Origin: Pavona decussata
Taxonomy: Eukaryota
Reading direction: 5' to 3'
NCBI GenBank assembly: GCA_977016875.1
Contig: CDRNST010000060.1
Span: 6,200,001 to 6,264,000, forward strand
DNA: 64,000 nucleotides
Shown: positions 37,901-50,864 of the stretch, one piece after another
Layout: every line of letters starts with the position of its first letter
Position numbering within the stretch: the first letter of the stretch is position 1
Position numbers and translations under genes: made by a program
The notes under the pieces: generated by a model
Databases searched by the model: none
The model's input: only the letters and a program-made list of their open reading frames with translations
Told to the model about the DNA's origin: nothing

Positions 37901-40900
37901 CTTCGTGGGATTCTTCCGACGGTACCAAACATATTGGTCGATAAATTGTTATGTTTACCGAGTTCCCTGTCGCGCGTTTTACCGCAAACGTCAGGCGCTT
38001 TTTATTAACAAGTTTATGTCGGTCACTGTGATTACCAAGTATCGTTTACGTTTGCTAGTATATCATGTATACAATTTAAACACAAACAATTATGAAACAA
38101 AAACTGAAAGTTTTCTGTTGTCGTAGAATTTATGACTGAAGGCAATTTGAATATTTTGTTCACTTTTTCTCATAGAAAACTCTCGGTCTTTTTTTATGCC
38201 ATTGAATGTATTATTCATTTCATTCGTCTCTTTGTATTAGTTTAAATTGCTCAGCCGGGAAAGAAACTCCTGCTCACCAAGCGGAAACGCGCGAGTGGTA
38301 AACGTGACCATCTAATCTTGTATCTTCAACATCTCTTATATTTCTTTTTTTTTTTTTACTTAATCCTCACGAAAGGGATGATTGTAAAACTGTTCTTTAC
38401 CGTCCATTAATATCTAGTGTTTTTTTCTTTTAAATTGTTTTCTCTTAATAAGGTAAGGTTCTTTAATGTGAATTTTCTCGTTGATAAGAAATATATTTTA
38501 TTTAGTGCCAGAGAGAGAGAAACAGACAGTGAGCACGGCGGTCAGTATCAGATAACCTATAGACCGTTGATAAAGAGGTCAGCCAAACTGAATAACATCG
38601 AATAACATACGTTCTCGTTACGTACACAGCCCAGCAGTTATTTAAATAAACAAAAGCGCTCTTAAGTCAACAGAGGTGCGAAAAATAATAATAACAGTTG
38701 TGATGCTGAGTGCTAATTTCTGTTGTAATAAACAGCGGCGTTAAATTCAAGCGACGTTTCGATCTCTGGGACATTCACTTTAGAGTCGGTTCAAATAAAA
38801 CGAAAAGTTTATATACTTATTTTATTCGAGCCGTTTGGTCTTTTCGAGGTAAATAAAAAACTGTTCGAGTTGATTGAGTTCGAGCTCTGGGGAGTAAATT
38901 ACTGTAATAGGGTGAAACCGTGGAAACTGCGTATGGTACGATAATGGTATGACCTTAGGCGACAACAGTTCACTACCGAAGGTATTGTTCTGCTGACAAA
39001 AACTGCAAATGTTGACTTTAAAATGAGATAGAAAAATGATAACATAGGAAAAATGAGAGAAGTAAAAATATATCAAAAGAAGAAGACTAACACCACCTGC
39101 ATGGGCGATACTTAGGCGATACTTTATGCCGGTTTTAAATTAGAAGCCTTCGTTTTTAATTGCATTTGGTCGATCTTAATAAAATTGTAATGTGTTTCTT
39201 CGTTAAACTATGCCGGATTGAAGTACAATTGATTTCAGACTTCAGGGTTTTTTTTTTTTTTTTGGCCTATTTTAGGTTGAAGGGCTTCTTCTACAACTAC
39301 TACACATTGTGAAAAGAGCATGCACCATTTTAAATAATTCTGAATGACTGGACTTTTGCACCCAGTCCTTCAAATTGGCGTTGGGCGGTGCATCTCCCTT
39401 ACGTTATGCCGGCCAGCACTGGGAAATGGAAAGTTCCTTTTTTTATTTTGTGTCAAGTTCATTGAATGACGTTTAGCAGCAATAGTAACGTCGAGAAAAA
39501 CAAAAATAAAGGAAATAAAGAGACTCGGGGAAAGGACGGATTGTCCCGATAACGAATTGTTTGCTTTTCTCAGAAGGAGCGAAAGTCCAAATAATTAACT
39601 ACCATTTTCTTTGAGTTTATAGCTAAGCCTTAGCTTAAGGTGGATGTGACGGCTCATTCTTGTCGACATGCTTTTGTTAAACTCGACGAAATATCGTCAG
39701 TCGACGACAGCACATTTCCTAATTGTTATCGATGGTGAATTAGTCGCGTGGGCTATTTATTTTTTGTCTCACGTTAAACTTTGATACAAAGCCGCAATTT
39801 TCTTTATTTATGTAATCGGTTTATTTCTCTAGAGTGTTCTAAAACAAAGCGCATTAAAATTTAAAGCTACGTAAATATGCTTTTCATCTTCATATTTACT
39901 TCAGAGGCTTGTCATTCGAGTAATATGTCTTTGAAAAATAAGTACAAATTACAATTAGACATTTAATATTTAACATTTCTACTGCGCAAATAAACATGTA
40001 AATATGATCAAATGGCACTCCCTGTGTTACTGTTGACACTTAAGACCGTGAAATGTTTATTTATACACGGAAAGCATCACAGCACATTTTAAAATGCACT
40101 TTAGTTTTCTTTGCTTTAAATTATTCCAGTCAGTGAAATCCTCTGAAAATGTCGGAAAACGTTCCATAGAAACATTTGTTAACTATTTTACTTTTACAAC
40201 AATTCACGCTTATTCGCGGACATGTGTTGTTTTTGCTCTGTGTTAATTTTGATTCCTTTTCTTGGTGACCCAGTTCAACGATGCTTCAATGCAGTCAAGC
40301 AGATTTAAAATTCTAGATACATGTTATGTTATGTGTCGGTATGTCAGTAGTCTTGCTTGTTTTTATCTATGTATTCAAGCTTTGCTGTATAGTCGATTAA
40401 AAAAATACGAGAAAAGTCAAGCAAGTAAATCAAATCGGACTTTCCCTACCGGTGACAGTAAGTCCCTTTCGTGGAAACCCTACAGGGTCCTTGTCCCAGC
40501 GACTACTTCTAAAACAAGAAAACGGAAAATTCTAGATGAAATTGTTCCCACGGTAAATTTAAAGAAGTTTGTTATAATTTTCAAGCTGTTGATTGCTACT
40601 GATTTACCTGTTTTGATATATTGGAATGATACAGTGTGGAGATTTTGTTTTATTTCTAGCTAGAAGTACGTTTGTAGTAAGATTTTCACATTTTAGTGAA
40701 CGCCAGAAAAGAATGTGTAAGCTGTAAGGGCAAATAGAAGACTGATAAGCGGCACCAGGATCACTTCAGAACTGAAAAAAAAATAACGCTTTTATTAAAC
40801 AATTAGCAGGCACTATGGCTCGAAGTGCGCTTCTTCAAGGAGCAGACAGCTCAGTTATCCAGTGCATGGTGTAATCCCTGTGAAGTGGATAACGCTTTTC

Positions 40901-42169
40901 AAAATTAAGGGTTCTGGTCACTAACAAGGATTAATCGATGGAAATTATCGGTCTATTCTGACTAACCCGGGCCTGATGACTTTTCAAAAAAAAAAAAAAA
41001 GAAAAAGAAAAAAACCGACGTGGGATTAATTCGGATGGTGGTTTTTACTTTGTAGTTTGATTGAAGTGGAGGAGGGGGGGGGGGGATGTATTTGACGAAC
41101 AATTGGGTAGGGAGGGGTCCCTGACCCTACAAAATCTATCTGTGTTTAAGATAAACCAAGACCAGACTTTGATATTCCCGCTCTCGTTATTAAAACAGAA
41201 TGCCCCATTTTGTCGTTCAGTCTTTGGATAATAACATCAACCTTGGACATCTTTTACAGTTTTTTTTGTTGTTGTTGTGTATTTAGTTTTATTATTTAAA
41301 TTAATTCCACGAGGGTTCTTCTGTTCAAGTCATAAGTCCCTGTAAAATACACCTTATTACTATTGTCAAACATACATTAAATTTTGTTTCCTATTTATAC
41401 TTTGCTTGGTTGCGAGAATTAAAATTGCTTGTAGCGAAACGATTAAAGAAAAAAAATCGAGGTTACACAGTTTTAATTTCTGTTCAGTTGTTTCTACATT
41501 CAGAACGAAAAGAAATAAAATAAAAAGGAATAAGATAGTGTAAGGACAAACAATCTCCAACTGCAAATGCCCTTCAGGGCCAAATAGTGCAGTGTTAACT
41601 TTCCCCCCTCTCTCCCTTCAAACCCTTACCCCGCGTAACAATGAAATATATTTGATTTACAGCATTTCTTTGTTTCCAGCAGTTTCGTTTTGTCTGCGGT
41701 TCTTATCAACCTGCCTGGCACTCTCATTGCAGATATTTCTAATTTATAAATGCTTTGACAACAATTGCGTTGTTTAGACTTAAAATTTCTTTGGTAACAC
41801 TTTGTGGTTTGTTAATGCCTGTATTTATCCTTGGCAGGAAAAGTGAAAGCTTCATTCATTCAAACTGAAGTGGTCCGCTATATCTATATTCTGTTGATTA
41901 TGGCTCTTTCATATCCTATTTATTAATGAACTATCCTAAGAAGAAGGAAAAAAGAAAGAAAAAAGGAACGTAAATGAAATCAATTAAGGATAACAATTTT
42001 AGAGCCAATTCCCTCAGGACAAAACCAACATTGATTACCACCGACAAACACGCCGTAAAAGTTTTAGTTTCACCCCGTACATATTTTTCTCTTTTTCCTA
42101 CATTTATCGTAGCTACAAAGAAAAAACACACATTAAAGAACTCATGATTTAAGTTTGGAAATAAAAGGG

Positions 42170-42280
42170 CTTAACTGCGCATGCTCTCCCACAGCCCTTG
42201 ATAGCGACAGCTGTTTCTTTAAATCGTAGATCCTTGGATGTGCACTCGTGACACGTGACAAGTAAATCCATGCAAATTAC
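42170..42280 (+). promoter_or_regulatory. Candidate proximal promoter of the PKD1-like gene
   Basis: Cluster of an NRF1-like TGCGCATGC (~42176), E-box CACGTG (~42252) and octamer ATGCAAAT (~42270) about 170-270 bp upstream of the ATG. Motif matches only. Confidence 0.3.
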
Positions 42281-42444
42281 TTAAGGTGATAGCTGCAATG
42301 CTAGTGTAGTCTTGCGTGGGCTGCAAAGCTGGGAAACCACACATTTGACAAAATGCTTAATAGGTTAAGGATGTCGTGTTTGTCCTCCGTGCCGTCTTTT
42401 AACAGACTGCAATCCAGCAATGTGTTTTATTTTATTGCGACAAA

Positions 42445-42544
42445 ATGAGAATTATCGTAGGGGCAGTGATTTGGTGCATTGTCGTCAGGGAATGTAGGCA
42501 GAAAGAGCTTGTCGACGCTCGCTCTTCCTTGGCAAAGATAACAG
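42445..42544 (+). CDS. PKD1-like exon 1, putative signal peptide (MRIIVGAVIWCIVVRECRQKELVDARSSLAKIT)
   Basis: AAAATG start context, short hydrophobic core, donor ACAG|gttaaa in phase 1 matching the exon 2 acceptor. An upstream acceptor at 42405 leaves room for an additional 5' exon. Confidence 0.65.
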
Positions 42545-45500
42545 GTTAAAAAAAACTATCGTGCTAAATTAGTCTTCAGAGGCTTAATAGTGACTTCCTT
42601 ATCATTTTTGATTGTTTGTTATTTACAGCTAATTGTCGCAGACCTCTCGGAATGGCGAGTGGAGAAATCCGGAACGAGCAGATCACAGTCTCTTCGGCTT
42701 ATGACAACGACTTCTCCACGTATGGATCGCACCGGGCAAGGCTGAATTTAACCACTTGGCCACCAGGTTTTCGAGCTGATCCGAATCAGGTCGGTGGATG
42801 GATAAAAGTGGAGTTGGGAAAGAAGATGGTCATAACGGCAATTGCTACGCAGGGATATGGCGATGATAGTATCGAAGAGTGGGTCTCGCAGTATATGATC
42901 ATGTATTCCAACGGGGCCGATTACCAATATTTCAAAGATCTGAAAGGTGATCTTAAGGTAGGTTGAACAAAGCCAAGTAGATAACGCAGCTTTCTTGTTA
43001 AAAAGACATGAACTGAATACAGTGTACTACACTGTCGGGGTGAAATGCTTCCGCCACTCAATTTACTATTCCAATCTAGATTATTAAATATTTCTTGAAC
43101 CGCGGTACCTTTGTCAGTTGAATTGTTATTGCTGTGTCGGCTGGTGATACACCGTATACTGATTTCAGCTTGTTTATCCACTGCTTTGCCGACTATGTTA
43201 TACGTCTGAAAGGCTATATTAATTTAATGCCTTGTTGCTCGTGTTTATGATATATTTTCTCCTGCATACCAACAGCTAATTTAGTCCTAAAGATAATGCC
43301 CTTTAAATATCTGGTTGGCGAAATCCGCTTCGTCGTAAATCAAATTATAGCACATTTGTTCCGCCTGAAATTAAAGGATTTGCATAAGATTTTCGTTTTA
43401 TTATGAAATCATTCAATCTAACAACCGTTGGTACTTCCATCTACGAACAGGACAACATTGTACCTTCCGTTCCACCAGATAATTGTGGCGATTAAAAATT
43501 TTAGTTTGAAATCTGAGTCAAGATGGTACTATTTTTGATTAGAAACTTTAAAACACGTTGAACTTAATGCTGTTTTACATCCTTACACAATGGAAATCCA
43601 ACAGCCACACATCGACGTTAATATTTAATGTACCTCAAAGGGATATCCCGCTTTTTATTCCGCTTCAGAAGCAAATGTTAGAAAAAGACCACATGTAATT
43701 ACTTTCAAATCCAAAAGGTATAGTAAAACGCCTTTTGACGCGTTTATTAAAAGCGCGCCTTTTTTGTGTCCTAGGACTTCAATAGAGTAACACAGTGAAT
43801 GTTGTGTGGCAAAGAAATTTTGCCTTGTTTCGTCTAGGTTGTTTGGATGTGGTTTAATTGCTTTTACCTCAAATTGATTTACTTCCAGGCGTTTCAACGT
43901 CAACAATATGCAAATGTATTTTTCGCATTGAAAAGAGTTGAAATATCTCGACAAACTTCAAATTTACCGCCAATCTTGTTCTTGAGATTTCAAATTGAGA
44001 TAAACCCTTGGTGAATCTTAAATTCCAGTGATGCCGTTTTTGAAGCTGAAATTAGCTTTTCTGGAGCATTTGGTTTTGTGGAAACTTATGTTTTGAGTTT
44101 TAAGATAACCACAATAAAGGTAAAAAAGGTATTTCTGTCTGTGATGCAGGACGCAAATCAACTGGCTTATCTCGTGCCGTGACTTGACGGCGAACTTTTT
44201 ACACGCTTGAATTTCTCACTAAATCATTTCAACTAATAGCTTTAGATAAAGTTAAATAATAATTTTGTTTTACCTAAATTAATTGAATTTTAGCAAAATC
44301 ACCGATATCCAGTTAACATAAACAGAACAACGGTTTGGTAAGTGTTTACATGTCGAACATTTACCACCAAACAGGGCAATTTACCGCACACACATTAAGA
44401 CTTTGTCAATTGTGGTTTTTTCTGCAAGCAGATTATTCTTGTTATATTGTTATCTTTACCAGGCTCTTCAAGGTTAATCTCGGTTTACTCAGCAAATAAT
44501 TTTTGGAAAAACGACACTAAAAAGTAAATGTCAATTATCCTTACAAATAGTATTTTTCACTCGCCATTTTAAAAGACGTGAAAATATGTTTTCTTCCATT
44601 TTGTTGATGTGAAAGACTTATTCAGAACAACTTGTTAAAATCCTTTTACGTTAGACTGAAAGGTGGTATGGGTATATGTAAATCAGGCTAAGGAGCAAAT
44701 AAATGAACATTTTTACAGCTTTCTCATTTAATCGCCATTCTTAAAAACAGGCCATCACATTTCTTTAAATTTGAGTTTGGCAAGTTTAGGCTCATAGAAA
44801 TCTTCCTTTGCTACGTAAAACCCTACATTAAACCCTTTTTTCTGCATTTACAGTTTTTTACGGGGAACAAAGATGGCAGTTCTATTCATCGAAATGAGGT
44901 CCCTTTGCCCACAGTCGCATCTTCGATTATGATCATGGAAACATTTAGGCATAACAACTTCGCACTCAGGATGGAATTATTCGGTTGTGAACCAGGTGGG
45001 TATATTTAGGGGAGGCCTGGATTTTGTTATGCGATTGATTGGAGAAGAACATCGTAAAGTACTTTATCTTGTTGAAGTTTTTAGTTCGCTTTCATGGTCT
45101 ATTTTGTAGTATACGTTTTACTGTATACGAGTTACTCTTTAAGGAGGTAACAAAAGTTGCGAAGAAGGGACTATAAAAACAGGGTCATTTTTGTACATAT
45201 TTCTATATATTTCTATATGCCACTCAGTAAATTTCGAGTCAAATCAATGAATTTTTTTTCAGTTTGTTTTAGTCTTATGAGCAATCAAGTATAATGAAAG
45301 AAAGTGTATTATCAGGGTTTTTATCTTCAAAGGAACGTTCATTCATGGTAAGTGGAAATTGGATTCTGTGGAATGAAAATTAGAGAATTTTGTTTATCCA
45401 GACGACTGGCAATACTAAAAAAAAACAACAACAATATTTCGCTCCAAGCTGGCACCACAAGAAAAAGTACAAACACGTCTATCTCCTCAGCCGTCGACAT

Positions 45501-46464
45501 CACTTTCATATTGTTTTTGTTTAGGTAAGTTTTGCTAAGGATTTTTTCTTGGGCAATACTTGACATTGAACTTTGCATGTGTAGGTCCTTGTTTTCCTAA
45601 ATTGTGGAATATGGGTTTACCGCGATTTTTTAACAGGGCTTTTAAGCCAGAAAATTCCGTATAAATCATGAAATAATGACATTTGATATGGATTTGCAGA
45701 ATAAAGGAAACTGGACGTCAACCAAAAGGGTTTCTGTGATATCTTAACTATCTTAAATCGATTTATGACATCGAGGTGAAACCATTAGATACATTCTTCC
45801 AAAAATGTGGGAAATCTTTTTAAAAAGGTTTCCTTTTCCCTCCACTGTTGTAATTTCTTTTCAGTTTGATACACTATTAACCTCATTACCCCCACAAGTT
45901 GCAATCCTTAATTAGCTTTATTCAGAGTAGCCTTGCAATGACTGGTACGATAGCATGACTAATTCACCACATGATACTGATGCTAATGTAAACCGCAGCG
46001 ACCACTTTATTTTCTCATTGTATTTTCCTGTATGCATAGCCACCGTTAATTATTTCTTTATACATGTATTCAAATCAAAAGGACAACGTTGCGTTTAAAT
46101 TTACAAACCATATTTGGGATGGGCAACATCTGTGGTCAGTTACGACACTTAATTAAATGCGAATAACATGTACATTTCGCACTGTTTTTACATAAGGTTC
46201 TGTGCCCAGCTGCTAAGAATGATTCAAATTTTCGTGTTTTTTTAATATTAGAGAGATTTAGCATGGCGTTTACGGCAAACGGCAAACGCCAGGCTGAAAT
46301 TTTCTCTTTGATGAAAAACAATGAAGCTTTTTCGGTTGAAGCTTATCTCCACCCAGTCGCCGACAGCTATCGAGCAAGTACGAAAAAGAGAGAAGTGAGT
46401 ACGAGGAACACAAGTTTATGCATTTTAGAACAAACAGCGGCTTGACGTTTCCCGTTTGGTGTTA

Positions 46465-46495
<31 letters not shown>

Positions 46496-49400
46496 ACTTC
46501 TTTGTTGCTCCTTGGCAATTTTGATTGCAATCCCAAGTATCTTAGTCTGTAACTCCGTTTTCATCTTTCCGCAGCTCCTACCGTCTCCTTTTGTGTGCGT
46601 TTTTTTTCGTTCTCTGTTTTATGATGATATAGTAGTGTAATAAGTTCTGTCTGTCAGTAGGGTAATATTATCAGTAAGTAATGCATTGAGGCAGGATAAG
46701 TGGCGTATGTAATTACAGCGTAGTATGTAACGCATGCAAATTAAATGAAGCAATGTATGGCAAATGCTTTGGTTAGTTGCAGCCATTAAAACAGTAAAAT
46801 GTTCCTTGCATTCAAAGTAAATGACGTCATAATTGGCGGAAAATATGATAACATTTTTTAACATTATAACATTTTGTTAAGATCAGACATGAATGATGGA
46901 TGCTCTTTTTTCCAACTCCCAGCTGTCTTAGCTGAGAAAAGACGTTCCAAAACAAAACGTGTTGATTATGATTGGTGAATTTATGGGCTTCTTTACAAGG
47001 AGGTAGGGTAATCGTAGTTACCCTACCTCCTAGTTTGTTAGGAAAAGAACCCGTTTCAAAATTCCGACCCAACAGGTATAGTGACTTCGTTTTAGAGCTG
47101 ACCAACGAAACATTTTGTTAAAGTGCGGGAAACAAATGACCTTCACAAACCTTTTTCCCATCGGGTGCAACTAGATTATTCCCTAGTAAACAGGAAAGGC
47201 AAAAGAATTCTTTTGACTGTAAGTGGGGTGGCAGGGAGACTATTTCAGTAGCAATTGGAAAAATCGCGCTATAATGAAGAATCTTGTAGTGCAATGTGAA
47301 AAATGAAAGCTGTAAGGTGTATGTTCATTGGGTGCTGTTTTAAAACGATAATTCATGTAACTTTATCATAAAATAGATAAATATTTTATGAAACGACTGG
47401 TAGAGATTGATTGTAGTTTGCCTTAACAATCATGGTTTTGTTTTGTTTGGTAGGTTATTATTTTGTGGTCTGGCTCATGTTAGCAGAATATACTTGCACA
47501 ACAACTTATCTGGATAGCGAGAGCCCGGAGTACCAGGATGTGGCTGAAGACGTCACCTATGTGGTAAGAGCGTGTGAAATGATGGGAAGGGCGAGGAAAT
47601 TCGGGAAATATAAGGAGGACGCAGGCCTAGATTTGAAGTGTATGTGAGCAAATTGTCATGAATGTTAATTCCTATTTTACGTAGTATATGAGAATTTACA
47701 TAAACATTAAGCAAATTACTTGACTTTTTATTGGCCTTCCAATACTTTCGCTCGCCACCCATTGGTCAAATGGCGTCACGTGATGCAATTTGTCCCAACT
47801 AAAACGAAGACAAATTATGTGATATTCCTCAAACTTTTGTTATCTCCAGGTTTTCAGCTAAAGTCGTTTCAAGGCCATGAAACACAATTAAAACGTTCAA
47901 GATGGGAGGGCGTTTTGCGACTGGTGCAGACAAGAGGGTCTATTTACTACGTAGTTGTGGAAAGTGATCGCGGAAATTAAAACAGAAAAAAAATAGCATC
48001 CAGTCAACATCCTACGTGCGATTCAAGGATAAACGGATGGCAAACACAATGACCTTTATTTGGCTTTAAAAGTATCTTTGACGGATTTTTATCCTTGGGC
48101 ATGGTCTGTTCAATAGCCTCGTTGTTGTGTGACTGTTTTCCTCTGGGAACAGGCCATTTCCTCGGAGAAATATCGTTGTACTGTTAAGTTGATACCAAAC
48201 TGGAGGATAGTATTTTTTGCGTTACATCTCCGCTCGCGCAAAAATTAAAGATCGTTGCTTCTATATTGTTTTATTTCAATTTCATTTCAGAGTACATTTG
48301 CTCTGGAAACCACCCCTGGATTCCTATCAGCAAAGCTGCTACGGTTCATGTATGTTCGTTTATTAGTAATCCAGTCATTTAGCTTTAATGTTGCCCCAAT
48401 CCCTCCAAAGTCTCTCTCCCCTTCAAGGGGATTCAATATAAATTCGCGGTTACAGGCTCAATGAGTGACAACGTTAGTTATACCAACAGAAATTTAGAGT
48501 TTCCCTTGCAGACGATCTCTTTGACTTGTCATCATCTCCTTCATAAGGTTCACGTACCGAAAGACTGTCCGAGTAAGAAATTTAAAACTCGATAACACGA
48601 GATTTTTCATCTATATACAATCGCTATATGCTGCTAATGGCTCACAAATTCTCGTGAACTATTTTATTGTCAAACAGTTGTTTTCTAGTGGGCTCCAATT
48701 GGTCCATTTCGTACGTTGTTTTCCGATTTGGCTAATTGCTGATTCTCGAATTGGCCTAAGTCATTTCTTACAAATCAATATATAGTTCCCTGCCATTTCG
48801 GTTCACAAATTGGGTATTTCGCTTGTAAGCATTTTCTTAAGCAGATGCAATCAAAGACGACCATTAAAGCACGATGACCTGCAGTGATACCAAACGATGC
48901 GTCCAAAGGCAATAGGAGCTGTTTTGCACAATTTGGAGAGTATGGAAAGGGGGCTTGCAGTGAGGGTAGAGGGTGGATGATTCTATTTTTTAGCCCAATT
49001 TGTTTCAGAGCCCACTACTCTAATTTCTCGGTCAAAACCTCAGCGCCAGAAAAAGTTTTTGTTCCATTCGCTGTCCAGTATTTCTTACCCCTTTCCCTTA
49101 GAATAAGTGAACACGACTCTATTTTTGCCCCTTCAAAATCCTTAATCCACGTACGTCTTTAGTCCCCAGACGCAAGGAGCTGAAGCCAAATTGTCTGCAG
49201 AAGTTAAGATTTACTGCATTGAAGCGAGTGTTCACGACATCACTGCTGCTCTCACAAGTTACGTACAAAGTAAAGTGGGTTTGTTTGACCAACACTTCAT
49301 CAAACTGCAATACTCTTGTAAGTATTGAGGCTTTGCAGCCATCCAACGGATGAGATTAATGCTTCAAAAGACCCTTGCCTGTGCCTCAAAAATAAGTGAA

Positions 49401-50832
49401 GCGTACAGCTTTGAGTCACGATCAACAATATTCACACTATGTTTATTATGCTGTACAAGGCTGTTCTAAATTTTTGAGTCTGTGGATGAAATCTTAAAGT
49501 GTGACTGTGCAAATGAAAGCTACTGAGTGGTACTTTCCTGTAGAGCTTTTTGATATCCTCTACAAGGTTGTTCAAAACTTTTGAGTCTGTGGATAAAATC
49601 CTGAAGTGTGACCATTCAAATGATAGCTACTAAGCAATACTTTGCTGTATGGTGCTGTAAAGCAAGACCTACGAGTGCCTTGTTGTTATGTTGTTATTCA
49701 AGTCTGTGGATGAAATTCTGTGTGGCCATAATTCCAAACACTATCGAGTAGTATTTTTCTGTTGTGTGAATGAAAGTTGCAATTCTAAATTGCAATTGTA
49801 AACATATATCGAAATATAAACCTACTAAAGTAGTTGTTTTCTATGTATTTTTTATTCCCAAAAAGTTAAATCAGTTTTCCTTTTTTACAGTGGATCATCA
49901 ATGTCGCCCTCCTGATGTGCACATTCACCTCAACAAAACGTACACCAACGCTACAAAGATAACAACAGTTGATATGTTTGTTGTCGTTGGAGAGGTCACA
50001 CCCCGTTGCAACACTTCCAAGTCAATGCTGCTCACCTGGGAAAGTAATGAAGTAGAAGATTTAAACGGGGCGTTCACAATGAGTCAGACCCTAGCTGTTG
50101 CTTCCCTCAACCTCACGATTAAACCAAAGACGCTCTCTGTTGGTTTGTATTTCATACGACTGATCGCGGAGATGACAAAAGAGGAGGGGGCCATCGGTTA
50201 CGATTATGGCTTTCTCCAGGTTGTGTTACCTGATCTTGTTGCTACGATACGTGGTGTTCACAAGGTGGTGAAGGGAACAGGAAATGTTGTACTAGATGCG
50301 ACAGACTCTTATGACCCTCACGATCCCGCCGCAAAGGACCAAGGGATGGTCTTTACATGGCTGTGCCGAAGAGAAGACGAAGATTTCTCGAACTTACAGG
50401 CACTTCCGATCGACACTCCGCTCGGAAGGGAGAAGGTTCTTGGAGGATGCTTTGGATATGGTGTCGGAAGGATGAACACAACGGAGCCTATTCTGGAGAT
50501 TGAAATAAACAGGATGGTCTCCAAAAACACGTATGTGTTTAAGCTGATTGTTGAGAAAGAAAACCAAACTTCTGCTGCTAATCATACACTGAAAGTGGAC
50601 TCGTCCATTGCTTTTTCTATAAGGTGAGACAAGTGAGAAAAAATTTTCTACGTTTGATAGCCATAAGCAAGTATTTATGTAAATATGATAGGATTTAGAA
50701 CGTTACTTGTCTGTGGTAACCAATATCAATTAATGAACTAACTTCTGGTCACTTCTGTTTGGTTGTTATGAAAGGAGGTCAAGTTTTCTATTATTTTGGT
50801 CTAAACTGGGTATAATCATAATCATAATCATA

Positions 50833-50864
<32 letters not shown>

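Noticed and set aside
40262-40663. 133-aa ORF
   Set aside because: Non-ATG start, no recognisable motif, no convincing splice context.
49436-49770. CRISPR-like periodicity (also 55017-55618)
   Set aside because: Whole units are repeated with no unique spacers, the context is a eukaryotic intron, and there are no cas genes.
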